From NCBI GenBank assembly GCA_016292705.1, contig JAEDHZ010000001.1:1-32770 (forward strand): a stretch of DNA of 32,770 nucleotides, in the 5' to 3' direction. A program made the translations under genes and the position numbers. The notes under the pieces were generated by a model. It ran no database searches and had not been told where the DNA came from. It saw nothing but the letters and a program-made list of their open reading frames with translations. Positions 1-9,041 of the stretch are shown piece after piece. The DNA is from Clostridiaceae bacterium. GTDB lineage: Bacteria > Bacillota > Clostridia > Oscillospirales > Acutalibacteraceae. Each line of letters begins with the position of its first letter. Within the stretch, counting starts at the first letter, position 1.

Positions 1-837
1 TGCGGTGTCGGAGACAATGTACATTCCGTCTTCGGCAACGGCAAAGCTGTTCTGAATCTCCTCGTTTTCAAGCTTGGTGATGTGAACCTGCTTTGTGTCC
101 TTTTCAATGATGCCGACTTCACCCGGACGGGTAACGAACCAGAAGTTGCCCTCGTGGTCAGGAACTGCGTCCGTGATGAATGAGCCCGCCGGAAGATACG
201 GCATAAGATCATATTCCTCGTCAACAACCCAGGAGCACTTTCCGTCTTTTTCATCAACGCGGAAAATCTGAACAACATTGTCAGAGTTTCCGATAATCGG
301 TCTGTCGCCCTTGAGAAGGTGGCAATATGCACCGCCGGAGGTATCGTTTGAAATGAGATCAAAGTTTAAGGTTTTGAAAAATTCCCTTGTTGAAGCACGC
401 TGAGGAAGCCTTGTTTCCGCAAGGATTTCAAGCGTTTCGGCATCAATCAGAAGGAGACGGAAACCAACAACATTTCCGCTGATGCACATGATTCTGCCCT
501 TGCTGTCAAACATAAGCGTTGCAACAAGACCGCCGAAAACATTCATTGACCTTGATTTAACAACCGGATCGATACCCAGAGGACCGGGATAGGAATAAGA
601 GCCGGTGTTGTAGGAATTTCCGTGCATTCCGTTGACACCCTCGGTTGCAAGCAGAGGATGCTGCGGAACACTGACATCCGAAAGGACATTTGCTGTTGCT
701 GAATTGCCGTAATATGCAGGGCAAAAACGGGACGCAATCGGCTGACGGATTGCTCCGCCGGGGCTGAGGAAGAACATCAGGAACGCTGAAAGCGCCGAGA
801 GTATCTTCATGAAAACACCTGAAAAAAACGCTGACAT
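1..837 (-). CDS. Secreted hypothetical protein, N-terminal part only (gene runs off the left edge of the window)
   Basis: Absent from the ORF track because there is no stop codon inside the window. The reverse strand is open in one frame from 837 down to 1. The ATG at 837 has AAAGGAG 9 nt upstream. A second in-frame ATG at 810 gives a classical signal peptide, MKILSALSAFLMFFLSPGGA. No family recognised. The track ORF 557..1072(-) is a different frame of the same DNA. Confidence 0.6.
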   Translation of the reverse strand, partial: MSAFFSGVFMKILSALSAFLMFFLSPGGAIRQPIASRFCPAYYGNSATANVLSDVSVPQHPLLATEGVNGMHGNSYNTGSYSYPGPLGIDPVVKSRSMNVFGGLVATLMFDSKGRIMCISGNVVGFRLLLIDAETLEILAETRLPQRASTREFFKTLNFDLISNDTSGGAYCHLLKGDRPIIGNSDNVVQIFRVDEKDGKCSWVVDEEYDLMPYLPAGSFITDAVPDHEGNFWFVTRPGEVGIIEKDTKQVHITKLENEEIQNSFAVAEDGMYIVSDTA

Positions 838-1125
838 AAATCTTTTCTCCTTTTTGCTTAAACTTAGCAAATAGATTATACACAAATAATCTTCTGATGT
901 CAATTTTTTGTATTTGTTTGTATTTGGGAGTAAATACAAAAGTTTTTTCCTGACTCTTTTCATGTATTCTTTCGTGCGTAACACAGCAAAAACGCCCTGC
1001 CTTTTTCCCGGGTTTCCGCTTTAATGTCCGCTTTAATTTTCGGTGGTATACATATATTTGGGCAACAAGCAAGAAAAGTTTTCAAAAAGTTTTTAATTTT
1101 CCTCTAAGATTTTCGTTTATGTCGG

Positions 1126-1154
1126 TTGCATACATTTCTTTTTTATAGTATAAT
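1126..1154 (+). promoter_or_regulatory. Sigma-A-type promoter for the nifS-thiI-cinA unit
   Basis: TTGCAT (1126-1131), 17-nt spacer, TATAAT (1149-1154), about 25 nt upstream of the nifS start. Confidence 0.5.
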
Positions 1155-1178
1155 AAACGGTAACTATATTGAGGAGGT

Positions 1179-2315
1179 ATGCCTGTTTTGGAAGCTTATC
1201 TTGACAACAGCGCAACAACAAAGCCCTGCCCGGGTGCAAAAAGAAGGCTTGCCGAAGCTGCTGATGTCCTTTGGGGGAATCCCTCCTCTCTCCACCAAAA
1301 AGGTCTTGAAGCCCAGCTTCTGCTTGAAGAGGCCCGCTCCTGTGTTGCAAAGCTCCTTTCCTGCTCGGAAAGCGAAATTTATTTCACCTCCGGCGGAACG
1401 GAAAGCAACAACATTGCAATTTTCGGCGCAGCAGAGGCAATGAAGCGCAAGGGGAAAAAGCTTGTTGTTTCCTCGGTTGAACATCCGAGCGTTTCAAGAG
1501 CCTTTGACAGACTTGAAAACAACGGCTTTACCGTTGTCCGCCTCCCGGTTGACCGCTTCGGTGTTGTCCGGGTTGAAACGGTTGAAAACGCCGTTGACGA
1601 AGACACCGTGCTTGTCAGCATGATGGCAGTCAACAATGAACTTGGCTCCGTTGAGCCGATTGAAGCGCTTTCACGCATCGTCAAAGAAAAACGCTCTCCT
1701 GCACTCATTCATGTTGATGCGGTTCAGGCATTCGGAAAGCTTCCGCTCAATGTCAGAAAGCTCGGAATTGACCTTATGAGCATCAGCGCACATAAAATCC
1801 ACGGCATCAAGGGCGCAGGCGCACTTTTTGTCCGGGATAAGGTTCACCTTGTCAGCCCCGTTTTCGGCGGCGGACAGGAAAAGAACATCCGCCCGGGAAC
1901 AGAGCCGCTTCCGGCAATTGCCGCTTTCCTCGGTGCTGTTCAGGAGCTTGACGCCAAAAAGAACCTTTTGGCGGTTACTGAACTGAGGGACGGTTTTGTT
2001 GAAAAGCTTTGTGCGCTTGACGGCGTTGTAATAAACAGTGCTTTGGACGCTCTTCCTTATATTGTCAACATTTCCTTGCCCGGCCGTCCGGCAGAGGCTG
2101 TTCTCAACTTCCTTTCCGCAAAGGGAATTTATGTTTCCTCAGGCTCAGCGTGCGCAAAAGGTCACCGCAGCCCGACGCTTACCGCCGCAGGACTGGAAAC
2201 CGAAAGGGTTGCTTCCTCGCTTAGAATCAGCCTTTCACGCTATACAACAAAAGATGAGCTTGACTTCTGTCTTGAAGGCATTGAAGAAGCTCTGAGAACA
2301 ATTAAAAAGAAATAA
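1179..2315 (+). CDS. nifS: Cysteine desulfurase (class V aminotransferase, NifS/NifZ-like)
   Basis: N-terminal YLDNSATT, PLP-lysine motif SISAHKIHG and catalytic-Cys loop SSGSACAKG. Sits directly upstream of thiI. GAGGAGG lies only 1 nt before ATG 1179, so the in-frame TTG at 1188 (MEAYLDN...) may be the true start. Confidence 0.9.
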   Translation: MPVLEAYLDNSATTKPCPGAKRRLAEAADVLWGNPSSLHQKGLEAQLLLEEARSCVAKLLSCSESEIYFTSGGTESNNIAIFGAAEAMKRKGKKLVVSSVEHPSVSRAFDRLENNGFTVVRLPVDRFGVVRVETVENAVDEDTVLVSMMAVNNELGSVEPIEALSRIVKEKRSPALIHVDAVQAFGKLPLNVRKLGIDLMSISAHKIHGIKGAGALFVRDKVHLVSPVFGGGQEKNIRPGTEPLPAIAAFLGAVQELDAKKNLLAVTELRDGFVEKLCALDGVVINSALDALPYIVNISLPGRPAEAVLNFLSAKGIYVSSGSACAKGHRSPTLTAAGLETERVASSLRISLSRYTTKDELDFCLEGIEEALRTIKKK

Positions 2316-2332
2316 AAACGGAGCTTCAAAAA

Positions 2333-3502
2333 ATGAAAAAGGTTATTCTTATCAAAAACGGCGAGCTTGTTCTCAAGGGACTGAACCGCTCGACCTTTGA
2401 AGATATGCTCATAAAAAATATTCGCCGCAGACTTTCCGATCTTGGAAAATTCAGCTTTATCAAGGCTCAGTCAACGATAATTGCGCAACCCGAGGACGAA
2501 GACATTGATTTTGACGAGGCTGTTTCCCGTGTCAGCCGTGTTTTCGGAATTGTTGCCTTTTCCGTTGCCGGTGTAACAGAAAAGGATCTCGGAAAAATTG
2601 AGGAAAGCGTAATGGAATTTCTCGGCGATGAACTGCGCACAGTCAGAACCTTCAAGGTCAACGCAAAGCGCAGTGATAAAAAGTTCATGTATAAATCACC
2701 GGAAATATGCCGTGAAGTCGGCGGATACATCCTTTCAAAAATCCCATCGCTCAAAGTTGATGTCCACAATCCGGAGCTTACCGTCACCGTTGAGGTTCGG
2801 GACAAACATGTTTTTGTCCACGGAAACCAGCACAAGGGCGCAGGCGGAATGCCTGTCGGCTCTTCCGGAAGGGCTGCACTGCTTCTCTCCGGCGGAATTG
2901 ACAGTCCCGTTGCCGGCTACATGATGGCAAAGCGAGGCCTTGTCCTCACTGCTGTCCATTTTGCCGCACCGCCATACACAAGTCCGAGAGCGGAACTGAA
3001 GGTCAAGAAGCTTGCAACTCTTGTTGCCCGATACAGCGGACGGATCAACTTTGCCGTTGTTCCGTTCACTGAAATTCAGGAATATATCAAGGACAACTGT
3101 CCGGAGGAGCTTTTCACAATCATCATGCGCCGCCTGATGATGAAGGTTGCGCTGCGCATTGCCGAAAAGGACAAATGTCAGGCTCTGATAACGGGCGAGA
3201 GCCTCGGACAGGTTGCCTCGCAGACAATCGGCGCAATCGCCTGCACCGATGCCGTTGCCACAATGCCCGTTTTCCGCCCGTGCATAGGTATGGATAAGGA
3301 AGAAATAATATCAATTGCACGGCAGATAGGAACCTTTGAAACCTCGCTTGAGCCTTACGAGGACTGTTGCACCGTCTTCACCCCCAAGCACCCGAAAACA
3401 CGCCCGACGCTTGAACTTATCGAGCAGGCGGAAAGCAGTGTTGATTTTGAGGAAATGATTCAAAGGGCTGTTAACGAAACCAGATTCTGTTCGATCGACT
3501 GA
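2333..3502 (+). CDS. thiI: tRNA 4-thiouridine synthase ThiI (THUMP plus PP-loop, no rhodanese domain)
   Basis: PP-loop SGGIDSPVAGYMM and a length of 389 aa, which is typical of the short Firmicute form. Starts 17 nt after nifS. Confidence 0.93.
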   Translation: MKKVILIKNGELVLKGLNRSTFEDMLIKNIRRRLSDLGKFSFIKAQSTIIAQPEDEDIDFDEAVSRVSRVFGIVAFSVAGVTEKDLGKIEESVMEFLGDELRTVRTFKVNAKRSDKKFMYKSPEICREVGGYILSKIPSLKVDVHNPELTVTVEVRDKHVFVHGNQHKGAGGMPVGSSGRAALLLSGGIDSPVAGYMMAKRGLVLTAVHFAAPPYTSPRAELKVKKLATLVARYSGRINFAVVPFTEIQEYIKDNCPEELFTIIMRRLMMKVALRIAEKDKCQALITGESLGQVASQTIGAIACTDAVATMPVFRPCIGMDKEEIISIARQIGTFETSLEPYEDCCTVFTPKHPKTRPTLELIEQAESSVDFEEMIQRAVNETRFCSID

Positions 3503-3533
3503 TAATTTTCAGATATAAAAGAAGGTAGTCTTT

Positions 3534-4820
3534 ATGAAATGCGAACTTGTTTTTGTCGGAACGGAGCTTCTGCTCGGCGATATTCTCAACACCAACGCCC
3601 AGTATCTTTCAAAAAGGCTCGCTGCGCTCGGCTTTGATGTTTTGTTCCAATGCGTTGTCGGCGACAATCCCGAAAGGCTGAAAGCTGTTCTTGAGGAAGG
3701 GCTTGAGCGTTCGGATATCATAATCACAACGGGCGGTCTCGGGCCGACAAAGGACGACCTGACAAAAGAAGTTTGCGCAGAGGTCTTTTCCCTGCCGCTT
3801 GAAATGCACGAAGAAAGCCTTTGCCGCATTCACGACTACTTCAAAGAAAAAAACATTTCCATGCCGAAAAGCAATGAAAAGCAGGCCCTTATGCCGAAAG
3901 GCTCGGTTGTTTTCAAAAACACCAACGGAACTGCTCCCGGCTGCGCAATGGAAAAGGACGGAAAACGCATCATCATCCTCCCCGGTCCTCCGAGGGAGAT
4001 GTGCGAAATGTTTGAAAATTGTGTTCTGCCATATCTCAGCCGTTTTTCCGACCATGTTATAATTTCCCATTCTGTGCGTACATTCGGCATCGGAGAAAGC
4101 ATGATGGCCGAAAGAGCCGGAGACTTGCTTGATATGCAGAATCCGACTGTTGCTCCCTATGCAAAAAGCGGAGAAGCGTTGTTGCGGGTTACCGCAAAGG
4201 CAACAACCGCGCAGGAAGCGGAAAAGCTCATCGCTCCGGTTGTTGAGGAGATTAAAAATCGCCTCGGAAGCTTTGTATATGGTGTTGACTGCTCAGGACC
4301 GGAGGAAAACATTGTTGCTCTTTTGAAAGAAAAAGGACTCACTCTTGCAACGGCGGAAAGCTGTACGGGTGGTCTTATCGGAAAAAGAATTACTGATATC
4401 TCCGGCGCATCGTCTGTGTTCGGTTGCGGCATCATTTCTTATTCAAACGAAGTCAAGAAAAGTGTTCTCGGTGTAAAGGAGGAGCTTCTTGAAAAATACG
4501 GCGCAGTCAGCGAAGCGGTTGCCGCTTCAATGGCACTTGGCGCAGTAAAATGCAGCGGCGCAGACCTTGCCGTTTCTGTGACCGGAATTGCAGGTCCGAA
4601 TTCAGACGGAACCGACAAACCCGTCGGTCTTGTCTATATCGCTGTTACCGACGGCAGCAGCTTCAGGATTAAAAAGCTGCTCACCGGACATTCGGAAAAA
4701 AGCTGCCGTGAGTATAACCGTACTGTCAGCGCCTCAACCGCCCTCAACGAAGTTCGCCTTTTCATCCTTGAAAGCGAAAACAACCGAAAAGATATAAATG
4801 CTTTCATCAATTCATTTTAA
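3534..4820 (+). CDS. cinA: Competence/damage-inducible protein CinA (MoCF-like N-domain plus PncC NMN deamidase C-domain)
   Basis: TTGGLGPTKDDLT in the N-domain and TAESCTGGLIG in the C-domain. 428 aa. Confidence 0.92.
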   Translation: MKCELVFVGTELLLGDILNTNAQYLSKRLAALGFDVLFQCVVGDNPERLKAVLEEGLERSDIIITTGGLGPTKDDLTKEVCAEVFSLPLEMHEESLCRIHDYFKEKNISMPKSNEKQALMPKGSVVFKNTNGTAPGCAMEKDGKRIIILPGPPREMCEMFENCVLPYLSRFSDHVIISHSVRTFGIGESMMAERAGDLLDMQNPTVAPYAKSGEALLRVTAKATTAQEAEKLIAPVVEEIKNRLGSFVYGVDCSGPEENIVALLKEKGLTLATAESCTGGLIGKRITDISGASSVFGCGIISYSNEVKKSVLGVKEELLEKYGAVSEAVAASMALGAVKCSGADLAVSVTGIAGPNSDGTDKPVGLVYIAVTDGSSFRIKKLLTGHSEKSCREYNRTVSASTALNEVRLFILESENNRKDINAFINSF

Positions 4821-4835
4821 AGGAAAAATGCAGTT

Positions 4836-6596
4836 ATGAAGATAATTTATGAGGATTCAAACGGACGCGAAAGCGAAAACCGAATGAACAAAAACACCTC
4901 AGGCGGTTCCTTTTCCCGTTCGGATGTTCCGCCTGCGGTCAGGAGCGTCCGTTCCTCCAAAAGCGTGAGGAAGGAGACGCAGAACCCTCCCGCCGGTGCT
5001 CCGGAGGAAAGGAATGCGCAAAACGAAGAGCCGTCACCGAAACAGCCGCAGAACGAACCGTTGCAGAAAGAACCGGAGTTCAAGCTGACAGATGAACAGG
5101 TTGCGTTTTTACTCAAGCAGTATCTGAACTCAAATCCCGATCTTGCCGCAAGGGCTGAAACTGCACAGTCTCAACCGCAGCCGCAGTCAAAAGAAGCGGT
5201 TGCCGAACCGAAAAGTAACTCCGCCGGAACAAGAATCGTTTTCCAAAGTCCGGATTTTGATCTTCCCGAGGGTGAATCACCGAAGCAGCCGCAGGCTCCC
5301 GTTGCTCCCCCTATCATTAACAGTTACGATGATGACGATGAAGATGACGAGCTTGATGACGATGACGAAGAGGAATTCTTCCCTGCACCGCAGACGCCGA
5401 AAGCTCTTCCGAGGAGAAGCTCCGTTGCAATTGATTATTTTGTTGATGAAATTGACATCAGCACTCCGAAAAAGCCTTCAAACCTGAATTCTTTGAACAA
5501 CAACCGGAAGAAAACCGTCCCAAAAGCCGGAATGCCTGTTCCGGAAAGCCTTGTTGTTGAGGATGTTGCGCCGCAGGCTTCCGAGCCGCAGAAAGCACCC
5601 GAAAAAAAGAAACCCTCCGTTGCGGAAATTATCCGCCTCATTGTTCTTTCCGCTTCAATCCTCGCAATTGTCATTTCGTCGGCAGTATTACTGAAAGAGT
5701 ATAAGCTTCATAAGGATAACCAGAAGCTTGAATCAGGCATCTCCGACCTTATTATCACGGACGACGAAACATCCGCCAACAAAACTCCCGGAACAACAAA
5801 AAACGAAGAAAAATCAACAACAATGTCCGTTGCGCAAAAATGGAAAAAAATCCGTGAGGAGTATCCGAACACGGTTTTCCCGCAGGACATTCAGCTAAAA
5901 TATGCAAAGCTTTATGCCACAAACAATGATTTTGTGGGCTATCTTGAAGCAAAGGGTGTTAATCTTTCGCTCCCCGTTGTTCAGACGGATAATGATGACA
6001 CCTATCTTGAAAAGAACTTTTACGGCCAGAGCACAAAGTACGGCTGTCCGTTTGTGACCTATCGGAACAGGATTGAGCCGCTCGACCTCAACACAATCAT
6101 TTTCGGTCACCACATGAACGACAAAACCGTCTTCGGCGCTCTTGACAATTATAAGAGCATTGACGGATTCAAAAGCGCTCCGGTCATCACATTCAATACT
6201 ATTTATAAAAACTACAAGTGGAAAGTTATCGCCGCATTCATTACGAATGCCGAGGAAAAGGACGATAACGGATATGTTTTCCAGTATTACTTCACAACGC
6301 TTTCAACCCTGGACCGCTTTTCCGCCTATCTCAATGAGCTTGCACAGCGTTCGCTTTATGACACGGGCGTTGATGTTCTTCCGACAGATAAGCTGTTGAC
6401 CCTTTCAACCTGCTCGCATGAGTTTGAGGATGCCCGTTTTGTTGTTGTTGCCCGCCTTGTCCGTCCGGGAGAAAGCGCAGAGGTTGACACCTCAAAGGCA
6501 ACGCTCAACTCCAATCCGCGCTATCCTCAGGCATACTACACCGCAAAAAGACTCACAAACCCCTATTACGATGCGGCAAGGTGGTATATCGGCTGA
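4836..6596 (+). CDS. srtB: Class B sortase with a roughly 265-aa low-complexity acidic cytoplasmic N-terminal extension
   Basis: The C-terminal domain carries NTIIFGHHM (His), LTLSTCS (TLxTC Cys) and RFVVVARLVR (Arg). It aligns by eye to S. aureus SrtB. One TM helix, IIRLIVLSASILAIVISSAVLL. The N-terminus is P/Q/E-rich with the run DDDDEDDELDDDDEEE (5328-5375). Confidence 0.85.
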   Translation: MKIIYEDSNGRESENRMNKNTSGGSFSRSDVPPAVRSVRSSKSVRKETQNPPAGAPEERNAQNEEPSPKQPQNEPLQKEPEFKLTDEQVAFLLKQYLNSNPDLAARAETAQSQPQPQSKEAVAEPKSNSAGTRIVFQSPDFDLPEGESPKQPQAPVAPPIINSYDDDDEDDELDDDDEEEFFPAPQTPKALPRRSSVAIDYFVDEIDISTPKKPSNLNSLNNNRKKTVPKAGMPVPESLVVEDVAPQASEPQKAPEKKKPSVAEIIRLIVLSASILAIVISSAVLLKEYKLHKDNQKLESGISDLIITDDETSANKTPGTTKNEEKSTTMSVAQKWKKIREEYPNTVFPQDIQLKYAKLYATNNDFVGYLEAKGVNLSLPVVQTDNDDTYLEKNFYGQSTKYGCPFVTYRNRIEPLDLNTIIFGHHMNDKTVFGALDNYKSIDGFKSAPVITFNTIYKNYKWKVIAAFITNAEEKDDNGYVFQYYFTTLSTLDRFSAYLNELAQRSLYDTGVDVLPTDKLLTLSTCSHEFEDARFVVVARLVRPGESAEVDTSKATLNSNPRYPQAYYTAKRLTNPYYDAARWYIG

Positions 6597-6719
6597 TCCA
6601 AACGGCTCAGCAGGCTTGTGACTTTTCAATCAATTGCTGTTTGAAAATTTCTTACCATAAATACAATGATGTCGGCGTCTGTTTTTCAGAAGCTTCCATC
6701 TAGAAAAACGAGGAGAGAA

Positions 6720-8924
6720 ATGTTAAAGCTTTTTACTCTTGAAAACTTGTCGGCTTCCTCAGCCGATGCGGTCTATAAGATCTGCCTTTCCCTTGAAAAT
6801 TACGGTCTTACGGACGACAGGGTTTTTACCTTCAGAAATTACGATGAGCTTTTTGACGCCGCTTTGCGTTCACTTCAAAGGGGCGAACGCATTATTGTTG
6901 CCGTAAACACTGCTGACTATAATGCCGTCAAACGTGAGCTTCTTGCAAAGTTTCTGCTTGACGAATATTCAAGTCCGAACATTGCCGAAAGGATTGCAAA
7001 AAGCGCTGATGACGGCGTCGCTTCGGTTGACATGGAAAGCGAATGTATTATTCCGCACGGCGCAGTGTTCCACCTTTCGCCGGACGGATTGTCCAGCGGC
7101 TTTTCCTGCGCTGTTCTGAGCGGAATACTCACATATCTTCCGCTTGACTTTGTCAGAGTGGATTCAGTTCTTGAATCATTCATTTCCGCCTCTTTCTCAG
7201 ACAGTCAGGAAAGCGAAGAAGAACCGGATGAAGAAGTTGAAGATTCCGAAGAACCGACTTCTGACGAACCGACCGTGGACGGACAGGGATATGATTTTTC
7301 ACCGTCCGTCGGCGCAATGGTTTCCGCTTTGCTTCAGCTTTCAAAAACCGCTGCCTTTGCAACGGGCGAAGCTTCAATGCAGGTCTATAACCTCTATGAC
7401 CGGATTGACGGTTTGGGGGATGTTGTCAACTTTGTTGAAATTCTTGATGATGACGAGGACAGCGCCGATGAAAACGACCTTGCAGAGTCGGAATCGGTGA
7501 AAACAATCCGCCATGCACGGGAGGCAATGCTCAACACCGAATCCGATTTCGGTGCGGCTGTTTCAAACATTCTCACAAGTGAGAATGAAAACGGAACAAC
7601 AAACTACTTTGCATACATTGCCGTTGCCGAAAAAAAGCGGGCAAAGGCGAAAAAAATCAACACCACCAACCCGAACGACATTGAGCTGCTTTTGCCGCAT
7701 TGCATTGCAATTCTCTGCGACACGCTGACGCAAAAGCTTGATGATATCCGAAGGAAAGAAGAGCTTTCAAAACCTGCCAATGAAAGGCCGAGGCCCGAAA
7801 TAATAAAAAAGACCGAGGAAAAAAAGCTCTCAAAAGGTATGATAATATTCATTGCGGCAATCCTGATTGTTGCGGCAATAACTCCCGTTTTCCTTGTCAG
7901 GCTCGTCTGGAACAATGAGGAGCCGTCAACAACAATGAATCCTCTCCTGACGGTTTTGCCGCAGGAAACACCCCAGCAGTCACAACCCACAAGCAACGCT
8001 TTCCCCGGTGTTGAAAGCAGCACCGGTTCACAAAACCAGCCCGTTGCCGGAACAACACCAAGAGAACCTGCCGCCTCCGAATATTCGGCTCAGGCAACGG
8101 CAGCCCCTGCCCCCTCAAAAAGCGGCAAGTTTACCTTCTATGTTTTCGGCTACGGACATGGCGTCGGCATGAGCCAGCACGGAGCGAACTATCTTGCCCA
8201 GCAGGGTTGGAACTATGCGCAGATTCTTGCCAACTATTACTACGGAACCACCCTTGTTACCGGGGACACTTATCCGGAAACAATCAAGTATAACGGCTCG
8301 GATTATAAAACCCGTGAATACCTCGCTTCGGCACTTGAAAGCGAAATGGGTTCCTCCTTCCACAAAGAGGCGCTCAAAGCCCAGGCAGTTGCGCTCTATA
8401 CCTTTGCAAAGTATTATAACTACAGTCTCGGAACGGATTCAAACGCATTCGGAAAAGCCCCGTCCCAGGCGTGCTATGACGCTGTTGATGAAATCATGAA
8501 ATACGGCTTATACATTGCGTATTCCGGAACGGAAGCCGCATTGACGCCTTTCCATTCCATCAGTGCAGGTATCACAACTTCGTTCTACAATGTCTGGGGA
8601 AAAACCGCTGTGCCTTATCTCGGCGGCGGAAGACCGAGCTATGGCGACTACCAGGTGAACGACTTCAAATCAACATATACCGTTTCGAGCGATGATATGA
8701 AGAAGATTATCAAGAGCAAGCTGAATGTTGATGTGAGCGGCGACCCGTCAACATGGTTGACAATCATCTCTCACGACCGCGCGATAAACGAAAACCTCGG
8801 CTATGTTTCCTCAATAAATGTCGGCGGAAAGGTTATTTCCGGCAACGAATTCAGAACAAAGGTCATGGAGGGAAAGATTCGCTCGCATTGCTTTATGTTG
8901 GTTTATACTCCTGACGGACAGTAA
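6720..8924 (+). CDS. Bitopic membrane protein: large cytoplasmic N-domain, one TM helix, extracellular SpoIID/LytB-type domain
   Basis: SpoIID signatures are present: GYGHGVGMSQHGANYL, SEMGSSFHKEALKAQAVALYTFA and FHSISAGITT. TM helix MIIFIAAILIVAAITPVFLVRLVW at about 7839-7911. The track start is 6666, but GAGGAG sits 6-8 nt before the in-frame ATG at 6720, which I prefer. Confidence 0.85.
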   Translation: MLKLFTLENLSASSADAVYKICLSLENYGLTDDRVFTFRNYDELFDAALRSLQRGERIIVAVNTADYNAVKRELLAKFLLDEYSSPNIAERIAKSADDGVASVDMESECIIPHGAVFHLSPDGLSSGFSCAVLSGILTYLPLDFVRVDSVLESFISASFSDSQESEEEPDEEVEDSEEPTSDEPTVDGQGYDFSPSVGAMVSALLQLSKTAAFATGEASMQVYNLYDRIDGLGDVVNFVEILDDDEDSADENDLAESESVKTIRHAREAMLNTESDFGAAVSNILTSENENGTTNYFAYIAVAEKKRAKAKKINTTNPNDIELLLPHCIAILCDTLTQKLDDIRRKEELSKPANERPRPEIIKKTEEKKLSKGMIIFIAAILIVAAITPVFLVRLVWNNEEPSTTMNPLLTVLPQETPQQSQPTSNAFPGVESSTGSQNQPVAGTTPREPAASEYSAQATAAPAPSKSGKFTFYVFGYGHGVGMSQHGANYLAQQGWNYAQILANYYYGTTLVTGDTYPETIKYNGSDYKTREYLASALESEMGSSFHKEALKAQAVALYTFAKYYNYSLGTDSNAFGKAPSQACYDAVDEIMKYGLYIAYSGTEAALTPFHSISAGITTSFYNVWGKTAVPYLGGGRPSYGDYQVNDFKSTYTVSSDDMKKIIKSKLNVDVSGDPSTWLTIISHDRAINENLGYVSSINVGGKVISGNEFRTKVMEGKIRSHCFMLVYTPDGQ

Positions 8925-8941
8925 AACAACAACCGCAAATA

Positions 8942-9002
8942 AAGCTATGATTCACAGTAACTACTGTCAAGCAGATTCTGTGAGTCATAGCTTATCTTTT
9001 TG
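8942..9002. terminator. Long hairpin terminator between convergent genes (SpoIID-like + / NUDIX -)
   Basis: AAGCTATGATTCACAG (8942-8957) pairs with CTGTGAGTCATAGCTT (8978-8993). That is 16 bp with one G.U pair and a 20-nt loop. It is followed by ATCTTTTT. Confidence 0.7.
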
Positions 9003-9041
9003 TTGGATTCAATTCTATTTATTTAAATCGTTATTTCTTAC

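Noticed and set aside
557-1072. A 171-aa minus-strand ORF in the track at the left end.
   Set aside because: It overlaps, in another frame, the longer open frame 1..837(-), which has an RBS and a signal peptide. Its upstream half covers AT-rich promoter DNA, and the protein is low-complexity and basic.
6666-6719. An N-terminal extension of 18 codons (MMSASVFQKLPSRKTRRE) on the SpoIID-like gene, as given in the ORF track.
   Set aside because: There is no RBS before 6666, whereas GAGGAG lies at ideal distance from the in-frame ATG at 6720. Similar track over-extensions were trimmed for 10581..11384, 9449..10597, 23206..23556, 26131..27444, 27721..28857 and 30771..32042.
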